DNA from: an uncultured Gammaproteobacteria bacterium
Lineage (GTDB): Bacteria; Pseudomonadota; Gammaproteobacteria; JABCZS01
NCBI GenBank assembly: GCA_963848305.1
Contig: CAWKDC010000004.1
Location: 1 to 51,504 of the forward strand
Direction: 5' to 3'
DNA: 51,504 nucleotides
Each line of letters begins with the position of its first letter. Within the stretch, counting starts at the first letter, position 1. Shown here piece after piece: positions 28,579 to 38,969 of the stretch. The notes under the pieces were generated by a model. It was not told the DNA's origin and made no database searches. It saw nothing but the letters and a program-made list of their open reading frames with translations. A program made the translations under genes and the position numbers.

Positions 28579-29820
28579 ATGAATAAGTCTTTATCGAAAT
28601 CCTTTCTTACCGCTATCAGCAGTGTCGCTTTATCACTGTCTGCATCCGCTTTTTCTCTCGGCTCCGCTGATGTAGGGGGGTTGCTCCAATTCGATGCAGC
28701 CACATTCAGCGGTGATAAACAAAATGTTTCACGCTCCAGTGCCGATGTCCGTCGCGCAGATTTGTGGATCAAGGGAAATTTGCCTGAAGAATGGAGTTAT
28801 CAACTAGGCTACGATGCTCGCTATAATTTATTGAATGCTTCTTGGGTTGGTTACGGCGGCATTGATTATTTTTGGTTAGCGATGGGTTATGTGGATGTTC
28901 CGCAAAGTTTAGATTACTGGTCTAGCTACACTTACGGTACCTTCATGGAAGATGCGTCACCTGTCACCGCCATGAAACCGCACAAAGGCTTGGGTTTATA
29001 CGCTGATGCGATGGCTTTCCACAATTTGCTGAGCTATCAAGTGGCTTTTTATACCCCAGATATTTATGAAGAAACAATGGTGCAAATCCGTACTCGTTCT
29101 GACGTGATTGGCAGTGCAACTGATCCGTGGGGCATCGCAGGTCGCGCTGTGTTTCGGCCAGATGTCAATCTTGGGGATGTCTTTCACGTGGGTGGGTCAG
29201 GTCGTTACGAAGGTGTTTCTGAAACCAATATGATTAACGCATTGGTCACCACACCCGGTGTGCTAGGTCGTGATAATTCGACGAGTAATGCAGACAATAT
29301 TTTTGTGACCAGTATGCAACCTGACGAAGGAGCGCTCAGTGCCATCACTGCATGGGGCGTTGAGTTGGCAGAACTTTGGGGACCCCTCACTGCGCAAGGC
29401 GAATATTTAGGCACTTTTTGGCAAGGTCGCGGTGATAACGATTCACTGAATTTCTGGGGCTGGTACGCGCAAGTCGCTTACGTGTTGACGGGTGAGTCTC
29501 GCCATTACGATACCTATAGTGGCACAATTGGCAATGTTCATGGCATCAATCATCAGTATGGCGCGTGGGAGCTTGCCTTGCGTTATGCTTATACAGACTT
29601 GAATGATAAAGCTGATGTAGGGTATTCTGAAATGAATGACACTGATTTCTTGAAGAAGCGCGGCACTCAAAACGATTGGACCTTGGGGTTGAACTGGTAC
29701 GTGATTGAGAACGTGAAGCTTCAGGCGAACTTTGTCTATGCCACGGCTGACTATGCTGAGGAATCCCAAGGTAATCCTAACATCAAGGCCCTGGCATTGA
29801 GAGGGCAAGTCGATTTCTAA
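28579..29820 (+). CDS. OprO/OprP-family porin
   Basis: Signal peptide; VRRA; GWYAQVAYVLTGESR; GAWELALRY; TLGLNWY; C-terminal F. Confidence 0.85.
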   Translation: MNKSLSKSFLTAISSVALSLSASAFSLGSADVGGLLQFDAATFSGDKQNVSRSSADVRRADLWIKGNLPEEWSYQLGYDARYNLLNASWVGYGGIDYFWLAMGYVDVPQSLDYWSSYTYGTFMEDASPVTAMKPHKGLGLYADAMAFHNLLSYQVAFYTPDIYEETMVQIRTRSDVIGSATDPWGIAGRAVFRPDVNLGDVFHVGGSGRYEGVSETNMINALVTTPGVLGRDNSTSNADNIFVTSMQPDEGALSAITAWGVELAELWGPLTAQGEYLGTFWQGRGDNDSLNFWGWYAQVAYVLTGESRHYDTYSGTIGNVHGINHQYGAWELALRYAYTDLNDKADVGYSEMNDTDFLKKRGTQNDWTLGLNWYVIENVKLQANFVYATADYAEESQGNPNIKALALRGQVDF

Positions 29821-29840
29821 AGGTGATTTGTAGGGGGTTT

Positions 29841-30052
29841 CCCCCTGGCCTCGTCATCCCGGAAATTTCACGTATTGTCGGGCTCCCCTGGCCTCGTCAT
29901 CCTGGAAATTTCGCGTGTTGTGGCCCCCCTGGCCTCGTCATCCCGGAAATTTCGCGTGTTGTGGCCCCCCCCTGGCCTCGTCATCCCGGAAATTTCGCGT
30001 AGCGAAATTATCCGGGATCCATCAACACACCAACCCGCAACCGGTTCCCGGA
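29841..30052. repeat. Four tandem ~40-44 bp copies of a REP half-unit ending in a complete REP hairpin plus an inverted partial copy
   Basis: CCCCTGGCCTCGTCATCC(C/T)GGAAATTTC(G/A)CGT x4. The last copy closes as TCCCGGAAATTTCGC-GTA-GCGAAATTATCCGGGA; GGTTCCCGGAT at ~30043. Confidence 0.85.
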
Positions 30053-30110
30053 TCGCGCGTGATAAAACATTCAAGATCGCCCATTTCAAGCCGACACATG
30101 TATTGAGAGA

Positions 30111-30932
30111 ATGACAAAGAAGGATAATGACGTGAAATCATCACTATTTTCAAGCCGTAACACCCTTGCCCGGGGATTGCGTGTCATTATTTTGACGGCC
30201 CTGCTGCCTTGCCTGTTTGGCTGTGCTTCACAAAAAATGGTTCAAAAAAATCCCAATGATCCTTTAGAATCTGTTAACCGTCCCATTTTTGCTGTTAACC
30301 GCGCCCTTGATAAAGTATTTGTACGTCCACTTGCCGTTGCTTACACGTTTGCGACACCTAAGCCCATTCGTGCGGGGGTGAGCAACTTTTTTGCCAACAT
30401 TGATGATATTACCATCACCATCAATAAAGTATTACAAGGTGAAATGAATAATGCCATGAAGGTGTCGGGGCGATTCCTCATGAATTCAACCTTGGGCCTT
30501 GCGGGTACATTTGACGTTGCTAGTCGAGTTGGCCTGAATAAACAGCGTGCTGATTTTGGGATGACCATGGCCAGCTGGGGTTATAAAGAATCAACCTATA
30601 TCGTATTGCCACTTTTTGGACCCAGCACCGTGCGTGATGGCACAGGCCTATTGGTCGATTTCTTGATGAGCCCTTATCCTTATATTCCTGAAGACATTGG
30701 CTATTATGTCTTTATGGTGGATCTCTTGAATATCCGCGCGAACTTATTAGAAGATGAATTCTACTTTGACTATGCTGCGCAAGATCCTTACACATTCATG
30801 CGCGACGTCTACATGCAACACCGCCGATCACAACTTGGTCTTTCGAATGTTGATCAAACAGCGGATGCACAGTGGAATGAGGAAAATTTAGATGATTGGA
30901 AGACACCTACGCCTGCAAAACAAGGGAGTTGA
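30111..30932 (+). CDS. mlaA: MlaA/VacJ family lipoprotein (start may be GTG 30132)
   Basis: Lipobox LFGC; DPLESVNR; RFLMNSTLGLAG; DFGMT; LPLFGPSTVRD. Confidence 0.93.
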   Translation: MTKKDNDVKSSLFSSRNTLARGLRVIILTALLPCLFGCASQKMVQKNPNDPLESVNRPIFAVNRALDKVFVRPLAVAYTFATPKPIRAGVSNFFANIDDITITINKVLQGEMNNAMKVSGRFLMNSTLGLAGTFDVASRVGLNKQRADFGMTMASWGYKESTYIVLPLFGPSTVRDGTGLLVDFLMSPYPYIPEDIGYYVFMVDLLNIRANLLEDEFYFDYAAQDPYTFMRDVYMQHRRSQLGLSNVDQTADAQWNEENLDDWKTPTPAKQGS

Positions 30933-30933
30933 T

Positions 30934-31266
30934 ATGAAAAAGTATTGCTTGATTGCATTGATTGTGTTGCTCACAGCGTGTGCCAATGATCCTGCAGGCC
31001 CGAAGTATGCCTTGCCAGGGTATTATCAACCTGCGCAAGCACAATCACCGTATGTCGCTGCTGGTTTCAGCGATGACATGGGGAATTACCATCCGCCCAC
31101 ACAGCAAGCGGGTGGTGTGCAATATGGCCGTTGGTATCGTCCTCAACCCGGTCATCAAGTCGATATTTCACCGAATGCAGTGCATGCGAGAAAGAACCCT
31201 GATGCGAATTATTATTCGGAAGTCGCGAACATGTCGTCAGATGGGGATGTGGGAACGGCGTATTAA
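30934..31266 (+). CDS. Hypothetical small lipoprotein
   Basis: GGGAG RBS; MKKYCLIALIVLLTA-C lipobox. Confidence 0.7.
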   Translation: MKKYCLIALIVLLTACANDPAGPKYALPGYYQPAQAQSPYVAAGFSDDMGNYHPPTQQAGGVQYGRWYRPQPGHQVDISPNAVHARKNPDANYYSEVANMSSDGDVGTAY

Positions 31267-31998
31267 CATCTCCCAAATCATCTCCAATACATCACTTGGC
31301 AACGCAGGTATCTCAGGACATTTCCCAGACTGAAGCCCCGCTATCAATGCCTCACGAATCTCAGTGGCGTTAATGGCTTGTCCATTCAATGTTTCAAGAA
31401 CGACAGGCTCGACTTTAAAATCATATGGACAAGGCGAATCTGCCTGTAGAAAATGCACGATATCTTCAATCAACTCGACATACCGTTTTACCGCATGGTC
31501 TTTGACGCAAGCAAAAAAAGTCACAGTTGGTCTCGCACTCTCTGGATGCTGGACAACATAGGCATTAACAATCTGATCAAGTAACGTTTTCAAATGCACA
31601 GCCCAAGCGAAATAAGTATCAGAGTAGGTTAATCTCCTTTCACGCACATGCACCTGAAATGCACCTCCCTTCACAAGCTGCAAAGCAGATATTCTCGCTT
31701 GTTGCAGTTCTGGGGTATCAAACAGCGCTTGAGGATCAGAAAAGTCGGGGAGGGGAATGCATTGAAAAGGCGTGCCTTGAACGCGATGGGCAAGGCACTC
31801 GGTGAGAATCTGAATGCGTTCATCGGTCGTTAATATATTCAAACTGCCAGCGGAAACGCTGATAGGCACATTGGATGAACTGACAAAATGGATTAATTGT
31901 CCCCGGTTACTGACAGCACGTGCCGCCTCAACGAGCATGTGAAAATGCGCTTGATGGGGCGGCTGGGTACGCCCGAGTGTCATGGCAATGTGTGTCAC
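31237..31998 (-). CDS. HIGH-family nucleotidyltransferase, NadM/NMN adenylyltransferase-like (divergent)
   Basis: GRTQPPHQAH (cf. GRFQPxHxGH), N.LTTDERI, IPLPDF, INATEIR (cf. ISATxIR). Confidence 0.65.
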   Translation of the reverse strand: MTHIAMTLGRTQPPHQAHFHMLVEAARAVSNRGQLIHFVSSSNVPISVSAGSLNILTTDERIQILTECLAHRVQGTPFQCIPLPDFSDPQALFDTPELQQARISALQLVKGGAFQVHVRERRLTYSDTYFAWAVHLKTLLDQIVNAYVVQHPESARPTVTFFACVKDHAVKRYVELIEDIVHFLQADSPCPYDFKVEPVVLETLNGQAINATEIREALIAGLQSGKCPEIPALPSDVLEMIWEMLIRRSHIPI

Positions 31999-32099
31999 AT
32001 GAAATCCTTTATCAAAAAAATATCATAACGTATTGTCTACAGTTTTTCCATGACAAATTGGTCTATCATAATAGGGATATCATTGAAGGAGTTTCAAAC

Positions 32100-33360
32100 A
32101 TGCTAAAGCGCTATTTCAACCGTCGTCTGCTCATCATGGTGACCTTGGGTTTTGCCTCCGGTCTTCCACTCAGCTTGGCGGGAAGCACGCTGGATGCATG
32201 GTTCACCGTGGCGGGGCGCAGCTATGTACAAATCGGGCTGCTCGGATTACTCGGTTTACCTTATACATTAAAATTTATATGGGCGCCTTTCATGGATCGA
32301 TTCGGTCGCCATCTCTCATTCGGCTTGCGCCGTTCGTGGATGCTGGCCACACAAGTCGGTTTGGTGTGTTTTTTAGTGGCCATGTCATTTGGCAACCCCA
32401 TGTCCGCTCCCCTTTATTTAGCCGGTTTGGCTTTATGTATCACGATTTTCTCTGCCACCCAAGATGTGGCGATTGATGCCTATCGAGCAGAAATATTGCA
32501 GCCTGAGGAACGGGGTTTGGGCGTCGCGGCATTTGTGGCTGCGTATCGTGTGGCATTATTGATTGCTTCTGGCATTGCGATGATCATGGCCGATACTTGG
32601 GGCTGGGCGATGATGTATCGTGTGATGGCGGCATTGATGTGTATTGGGATCGTGACCACATTGTGTGTGACAGAGCCCCCACATCCTGAGCGGCATGATC
32701 ATTCTTTTTCTGCATTATTCTGGATCCCTGTCAAAAATATTTTAAACCGTGACATGGCTTGGTGGATATTGGCCTTGGTGCTTTTGTATAAATTCGGCGA
32801 TGCATTCATCGCGAAAATGACCACACCGTTTTTACTCCGAGAATTACAATTTACCCTCACACAAGTAGGTACTGTCAATAAAATGGGCGGCTTGATTGCA
32901 ACGATAGTGGGGATGTTTATAGGTGGCGCATTGATGACCCGTTTATCGCTCTATCGTGCGCTGTTATTATTTGGCCTGGCACAAGCATTTTCTAATTTAA
33001 TGTTTTTATGGTTGGCCTATATGGCCCGCAGTTATGGGCAATGGTCGTTACGCTGATGGTTGAAAATTTCTGCGGTGGATTGGGTATGGCAGCATTTTTG
33101 GCATTGTTAATGGGATTGTGTGATTCGCGATACACTGCTTTTCAATTCGCGTTGTTTTCAGCATTCGCATCATTGCCGCGTGAAATATTGGCCCCGTGTC
33201 GGGCTATTTGGTTGAGCATGTGGGCTGGATCCCTTATTTCACGATCACTTTCTTTACGTCGTTCTTTGGGTTATTCTGTTTGTGGAAATTGCGCGATCAA
33301 ATTGGCAAACATCGGCAGTATGAAGAGCCAACGATGACGGATGTTTTGGAGAAGGGGTAA
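32100..33360 (+). CDS. ampG: Muropeptide MFS transporter AmpG (apparent frameshifts at ~33038 and ~33197)
   Basis: LGFASGLP, PYTLKFIWAP, RRSW, SATQDVAIDAYR, YTAFQFALFSA. Confidence 0.92.
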
Positions 33361-33368
33361 AGAGGATC

Positions 33369-34400
33369 ATGCACACACTCACCATCACCGCACCGGATGA
33401 TATGCACGTTCACCTACGTGATCATGAAGCATTATCATTCACAGTTCCTGCCACCGCACATGTTTTCGATCGTGCGATCGTCATGCCGAATCTTCGGCCT
33501 GCAGTGACATCTCTCGAACAAGCACTCGCTTACCGTGATCGGATTTTAGGGTATGTTCCCCCTGGACGTCATTTCACCCCACTCATGACATTGTATATGA
33601 ACAGCTCATTAACCATTGATGAGATCATCAAAGCACGTGAACATATCATTGGCATTAAGCTATATCCACAGGGTGCAACCACGCATGCTGATCAAGGCGT
33701 TTCCGATCTCTCTCACATATATCCTCAATTAGAAGCCATGCAAGCTGTGGATCTCCCTTTATTAATCCATGGCGAAGCTGTTGGAAAAGACATTGATATT
33801 TTTGATCGCGAAAGTATTTTCATTGAAAAACAATTGAAGCCGTTGATGCAGCATTTCCCCACTTTACGTATTGTACTCGAACACATCACAACAAAAGATG
33901 CCGTTGAATTTGTCATGCATGGTCCAGCAAGATTGGCGGCAACCATCACCGCTCATCATTTAATGTATGATCGAAATGATATGCTGGAAGGAGGAATCAA
34001 TCCTCACTTATATTGTATGCCTATTTTAAAAAGAAACATTCACCGTCAAGCATTGATTCAAGCAGCCATCAGCGGAAAACCTCGTTTCTTTTTGGGAACT
34101 GACAGCGCTCCCCACGTGCGCAGTCAAAAGGAATCGCCCTGCGGATGTGCTGGCGTGTATTCTGCACCGAATGCATTGGCTTTTTATGCAACAGTGTTTG
34201 ATCAGGCTGGCGCGTTGGATAAATTAGAAGGTTTTGCCAGCCATTTTGGCGCTGATTTTTATCGATTACAGCGCAATACAGGTACCGTCACATTGGTGAA
34301 GAAAGAACAGAGTATTCCGAGCTCATTGCCATATACTGGAGATGAAACGATTGTGCCCATGGGTGCGGGTGGACATGTTGGGTGGCATTTCACGTATTAA
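33369..34400 (+). CDS. pyrC: Dihydroorotase (homodimeric type)
   Basis: PDDMHVHLRD, VMPNL, KLYPQGATT, EHITT, FLGTDSAPH. Confidence 0.97.
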   Translation: MHTLTITAPDDMHVHLRDHEALSFTVPATAHVFDRAIVMPNLRPAVTSLEQALAYRDRILGYVPPGRHFTPLMTLYMNSSLTIDEIIKAREHIIGIKLYPQGATTHADQGVSDLSHIYPQLEAMQAVDLPLLIHGEAVGKDIDIFDRESIFIEKQLKPLMQHFPTLRIVLEHITTKDAVEFVMHGPARLAATITAHHLMYDRNDMLEGGINPHLYCMPILKRNIHRQALIQAAISGKPRFFLGTDSAPHVRSQKESPCGCAGVYSAPNALAFYATVFDQAGALDKLEGFASHFGADFYRLQRNTGTVTLVKKEQSIPSSLPYTGDETIVPMGAGGHVGWHFTY

Positions 34401-35119
34401 TTCGACGACACATACTTTTCCCGACGCACATTCGCTGCGCTGAAACCGAGTTCGGTCAGCTTCGTATACGATGCATCGATCATGTTGGGGTTGCCGCATA
34501 AAAAGACCATGTCATTCGCAGGATCCAAATGTAACCCCTCGAATTGATCTTGCACATAGCCGTGTCGAAGATATGGCGCTTCAGTGTCGGCACGTGAACA
34601 GCAACCGATGAATTGAAATGCAGGGGTTGATTGTGCCAGTTCGACAAAAATATCTTTGTACAATAATTCTTTCGGTGTTCGTGAGCCTAACAATACGACC
34701 ACCTGTGTTCCTTGTGAGATGCGTTTAAGCAACTCATCTCGCATTGACAGATAGGGCGTCACCCCAGTGCCTGTGGCCACCAGAATATAACGCTTGGGCG
34801 TTTCTTCTCGCAGGGTCAAGCGCCCGAATGGGCCGCTGGCTTCAATCGTATCGCCGACATTCAGCCCAAACAAATGTTGGGAAGCCTTGCCACTGGTAAT
34901 ATAGGACAAGGCAATCGCCAAGGTTTTTTCGCCAGGAGTATTGGCGAGTGAATAGCTGCGCTGCACCATGGCGCCTTCAAACTCGAAATGCAGGTTGATG
35001 AATTGCCCCGGGATAAAGTTGAAGGGTTGACCATCAGCCCGCTCAAACACAAAATGGCGAACCTGAGGCGCAATTTCAGTTTGAGACAACAAAACAAGAT
35101 TGAACTTTTCACGTGACAT
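34397..35119 (-). CDS. Ferredoxin--NADP reductase family FAD-binding oxidoreductase
   Basis: RSYS, GKAS, ATGTGVTPY, FLCGNPNMI, REKY. Confidence 0.88.
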   Translation of the reverse strand: MSREKFNLVLLSQTEIAPQVRHFVFERADGQPFNFIPGQFINLHFEFEGAMVQRSYSLANTPGEKTLAIALSYITSGKASQHLFGLNVGDTIEASGPFGRLTLREETPKRYILVATGTGVTPYLSMRDELLKRISQGTQVVVLLGSRTPKELLYKDIFVELAQSTPAFQFIGCCSRADTEAPYLRHGYVQDQFEGLHLDPANDMVFLCGNPNMIDASYTKLTELGFSAANVRREKYVSSN

Positions 35120-35299
35120 AATCAATTCCTACCCACCAAGATGTATTCATTATAGGGGTTAAATGGCCCGAGGGGAAGGGCTGATCTAATGATTTAATAA
35201 TCAATATGTTAGAGAGCGTTTGTTGACATTTTGTCACAATATAATCCGGTCTGCCTTCGGTTATTTTGCTATGCTATCGGTTGGAAAGAGGAGAAGCAC

Positions 35300-36454
35300 A
35301 TGGGCGAAACAAGTGATGGCAGTTCGGGGACGCCCCCAGGCCGAGTCACGCCCCGAAAAACCTCTGCGACATACCGCCCCTGGTTCAACCTCCATGCACC
35401 TACAGAAGGGGCGCTGCGCCTAGCTTGGGTATCGACTCAGCTCACCGTCATGAAACGCGATCCAAAGGAAATATTGGATGTTGTTTGGTATGTGGTGGGC
35501 AAGAGGATTGATCAAGAGATATCGGAAAAATTAAAGAAACCCATTGGATTCAAACAATTACTGGTTGATATGATAGAAAAGGATAAAGATCTAGTCAATA
35601 ATGTTCGTCTGTTCACTGATACAATCAATACTGCTGATGATCAGACATTGCAAGAAGTTTCACGTCCCATTCTATTGAAAAATCACCAGAAACAGCAATT
35701 AAGATCGTTCATTGCAGGCATGACGCGTAAACAGTTTATTTTGAAAAATGACTGTATAAAAATTAAAAAGGAATTGGACGCCATGACAAGAGAGGATTTT
35801 AGGACATTTCTGCTTAAGAAAGAAATGATCAAGAATGATGTAAGCTTTAATCAGTATAATGAAACTCAATTTGAACAGGCGAAAAATAAAATATTCGACG
35901 CCTGGGTGGCCAACAGAGGAAAAGAGTTGTCGTCTGCCTCAAATGAAGATATAAATAACCGGCATGAGAAATATAGAAAAGTATTGAGTGATAGTATTAA
36001 GGACGATGGGTTCAGCGAGTGTTTTCCTGATCCTTCATTTTTAAAACATATTGTTTGTCGTATGGGGTCAGAAGATTTCAAGATCTTATTGAAAGAAATA
36101 GATACGCAAGCAGCAAATAATACCGACTTCAATGTGACATTCAATAATCGCTTTTTTCAGTGCCTCTCGAAGAGAAACAATATTTCAAAACGTTGGTGGC
36201 AAGCAGATCTGATATTCATGGCGCTCTCAATTTGCATGCTGTCGATATCATTCACTAGCTTTTCAGACACGAGAAAAGAGAAGGTCAACCTTTGGTTTGA
36301 AGGGCCATTCAATGGATTGGAAATTCATGATCCTATTTTCCGGGGTGTTGGATTTGGACTGTTTGCACTGTCAGTGATCACGACTTGGTTACTACATCCT
36401 GTCGATCAAAAAGCGCTTGATTTGGCAAACGAGAGAATCAAAAATTTATCCTGA
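35300..36454 (+). CDS. Hypothetical Lys-rich protein with two C-terminal TM segments
   Basis: GAGGAG RBS; long AT-rich ORF; hydrophobic LIFMALSICMLSISF and GVGFGLFALSVITTWLL. Confidence 0.7.
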   Translation: MGETSDGSSGTPPGRVTPRKTSATYRPWFNLHAPTEGALRLAWVSTQLTVMKRDPKEILDVVWYVVGKRIDQEISEKLKKPIGFKQLLVDMIEKDKDLVNNVRLFTDTINTADDQTLQEVSRPILLKNHQKQQLRSFIAGMTRKQFILKNDCIKIKKELDAMTREDFRTFLLKKEMIKNDVSFNQYNETQFEQAKNKIFDAWVANRGKELSSASNEDINNRHEKYRKVLSDSIKDDGFSECFPDPSFLKHIVCRMGSEDFKILLKEIDTQAANNTDFNVTFNNRFFQCLSKRNNISKRWWQADLIFMALSICMLSISFTSFSDTRKEKVNLWFEGPFNGLEIHDPIFRGVGFGLFALSVITTWLLHPVDQKALDLANERIKNLS

Positions 36455-36470
36455 TATTCGCAATCTCATT

Positions 36471-36519
36471 TGTAGGGGCGCGTCTTTAACGTGCGCGAGC
36501 GGGAGTACCCGCCCCTACA
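36471..36519. repeat. GTAG-type REP doublet
   Basis: TGTAGGGGCG...CGCCCCTACA inverted ends. Confidence 0.7.
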
Positions 36520-37144
36520 GATGAATATAATATTGACATAAACTATTTACCACGCAACTTTCGCATAACGGCGCGCGTGCTTTGCATACATAGCGTCCAT
36601 GTAAAATCAACCAATGATGCGCGTTGCTGCGATATGCTGCTGGAACATTGTTGATCAATCCCTGTTCAACCGCCAGCGGTGTTTTGCCTGGTGCAAGTCC
36701 TGTGCGATTACAGACGCGAAAAATGTGTGTATCGACAGCAAATGTTTCTTCACCAAATGCAATACTGAGGACCACGTTGGCCGTTTTACGACCGACGCCT
36801 GGCAACGATTCTAACGCTTCGCGGGTGGTCGGCACTTGGCTGTTAAATTCATTAATTAATTTTGAGCAGGTTTTGATCACATGTTTGGCTTTTGTGGGAT
36901 ACAGATTGATCGTTTTAATATAAGATGCGAGTGTTTCCTCGCCCATTGCCAAGATCGCTTCCGGTGTATTTGCGATTTTGAATAATGGCCTTGTGGCTTT
37001 ATTGACGCTAGCATCTGTTGCTTGTGCGGACAACATCACTGCGATCAATAATTCAAAGGGTGTTGAATAGTGAAGTTCTGTCGTCGGCGAGGGGTTTTGC
37101 GCTTTGAGTCGCTCAAAAAATGCTTCAATATGTGCTGGTGTCAT
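36515..37144 (-). CDS. nth: Endonuclease III
   Basis: LSAQATD, LPGVGRKTANVVL, AVDTH, C-x6-C-x2-C-x5-C cluster. Confidence 0.97.
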   Translation of the reverse strand: MTPAHIEAFFERLKAQNPSPTTELHYSTPFELLIAVMLSAQATDASVNKATRPLFKIANTPEAILAMGEETLASYIKTINLYPTKAKHVIKTCSKLINEFNSQVPTTREALESLPGVGRKTANVVLSIAFGEETFAVDTHIFRVCNRTGLAPGKTPLAVEQGLINNVPAAYRSNAHHWLILHGRYVCKARAPLCESCVVNSLCQYYIHL

Positions 37145-37812
37145 GGTAATGCCCAATCGATTGTTGATAAACCATTTTCTTGGAGTATATGATTTGCTTT
37201 TGAAAAATGCCTGCAACCTAAAAAACCGCGGTGCGCTGACAGCGGGGAAGGGTGTGCAGCTTTCAATATCACGTGTCGCTTGTCATCGATAAGATGGGCT
37301 TTGCGTTGCGCAGGATTTCCCCATAATAAAAATACAACAGGATGTTTTGATTTTTCACTCAATAATCGAATGGCCTGATCCGTGTAAATTTCCCATCCTT
37401 GATTGGCATGGGCATGTGCTTCACCCTCGCGTACCGTTAAAACGGTATTCAATAATAAAACACCTTGTGTCGCCCAGTGCGTTAAATCGCCTGTTGTCGG
37501 ACGTTTGATGCAAAGATCAGTTTCCAATTCTTTGAACATATTTTGCAGTGATGGGGGTAATTTCGCACATTGTACTGAGAATGCTAAACCGTGTGCTTGC
37601 CCTGGGCCGTGATAAGGATCTTGTCCCAAAATCACGACTTTTGTTTGTTCAAAGGGGGTCAGACGAAAGGCATTGAAAATCTGATTTTTTGGCGGAAAAA
37701 TGATTTTTTCTGCGGCAGCTTCGTTCGACAGAAACTGCATCAGTTTGCGATAGTATGGCTGATGATGCTCAGGCTTTAACAGCAATTCCCAGGTGAGCGA
37801 TGGTTCGGACAT
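37141..37812 (-). CDS. ung: Uracil-DNA glycosylase (family 1)
   Basis: GQDPYH, PPSL, VLLLN, HPSPLS. Confidence 0.97.
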   Translation of the reverse strand: MSEPSLTWELLLKPEHHQPYYRKLMQFLSNEAAAEKIIFPPKNQIFNAFRLTPFEQTKVVILGQDPYHGPGQAHGLAFSVQCAKLPPSLQNMFKELETDLCIKRPTTGDLTHWATQGVLLLNTVLTVREGEAHAHANQGWEIYTDQAIRLLSEKSKHPVVFLLWGNPAQRKAHLIDDKRHVILKAAHPSPLSAHRGFLGCRHFSKANHILQENGLSTIDWALP

Positions 37813-38966
37813 TGTGACTCCTGATATTGTTTCCATGCATACACAGCTACGCATACAGCTGTCAAGGCTGCGACGATGCTGATCATGACGACAAAGCTTT
37901 CCGATCCGATGTAAGATTCCGCAGGCATTTCCTGCGAAACTTCTTCTGAAGAGAAATTGGATGATGTTGTTGGTTTGGGTTCATTCGGATGTGCAGCAAT
38001 CCATTCGTTGATTTTTTTGCGAAACTCTGCTAAAGATGCCTTTTGCTCTCGCGTGAGCCCGGTCCATTCTGGTATTAAAGCTAATTTTTCGTGAATCAGT
38101 CTGGAGGTAAATAGCACGCAAATGGTGGCGCCCGCCGCACACAAGATGGCAATGCTTTTGTAGAGATCTTGGCTTTTTTTATGTGCGATAAGTTGATCGT
38201 TTAATTCCTCTGGTTTGTATATGTCTTTTGATAAATACCGTATAAATCTGCTGAGTACTGGGATGTCCATCGTTCTGTCTGGCTTTGAGAGCATGGTATA
38301 GCGATTTGGATTGCCTGTGTCCTGTTTTCTAAACCCAACCTTTCTAAATTCCTCGAGGCGTGTGGGAAGCCAATTATCTTTGATACGGGCAAAATTTCTC
38401 CTGATGAGATTAAACAGCGGTTCAATCTCTCCCTGTTTTCCAGGGAATGCCTTTGAAAATAATTTCTCCATTGTCGTTTTATATTCATTGAAGGCATCAT
38501 CAATATCTTTTCTCCACACTGTTCTCATCTTAAAGATAAAGTATGCGGCATAAGATATCACGACAAAACCGAATATTGCGCTGCCGAAAAATGTGAGAAA
38601 AATATCTGATGACCAATCGATGTCTTTTTGACCGATGTGAATTAAAAATTCCACCAATGCTGCCAATGTGCTGGGCAAGCACATGATATTCCAAATGACA
38701 AACTCCGCTGTTTTGTAAGCTTGGGTAAATTTGTAGGATTCTTCTAACGCCAATGCATCAGTGTCTGCGCGCGCTTTCAAGCTGTTAATCTCTAGTTGCT
38801 TTTTGAGCTCTGCACATGTGACAATTACTTTTGCATCACTTTCGCTCAACGTTTCATCTGAGAACAAAAGGTCAATCATCGTACGATGAGAGATAAATGG
38901 ATTATTTTCATCTTTTCCATTATTATAACTTTGAAACTTTTCGAGAAAAGGGACGGTTGTGGCCAT
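37776..38966 (-). CDS. Hypothetical multi-TM protein
   Basis: 396-aa ORF with about four hydrophobic segments in two pairs. Confidence 0.7.
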   Translation of the reverse strand: MATTVPFLEKFQSYNNGKDENNPFISHRTMIDLLFSDETLSESDAKVIVTCAELKKQLEINSLKARADTDALALEESYKFTQAYKTAEFVIWNIMCLPSTLAALVEFLIHIGQKDIDWSSDIFLTFFGSAIFGFVVISYAAYFIFKMRTVWRKDIDDAFNEYKTTMEKLFSKAFPGKQGEIEPLFNLIRRNFARIKDNWLPTRLEEFRKVGFRKQDTGNPNRYTMLSKPDRTMDIPVLSRFIRYLSKDIYKPEELNDQLIAHKKSQDLYKSIAILCAAGATICVLFTSRLIHEKLALIPEWTGLTREQKASLAEFRKKINEWIAAHPNEPKPTTSSNFSSEEVSQEMPAESYIGSESFVVMISIVAALTAVCVAVYAWKQYQESQCPNHRSPGNCC

Positions 38967-38969
38967 GGG

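Noticed and set aside
29841-30020. CRISPR array
   Set aside because: Intervening segments are only about 10 nt and nearly identical, there are no cas genes, and the unit is a REP half-hairpin.
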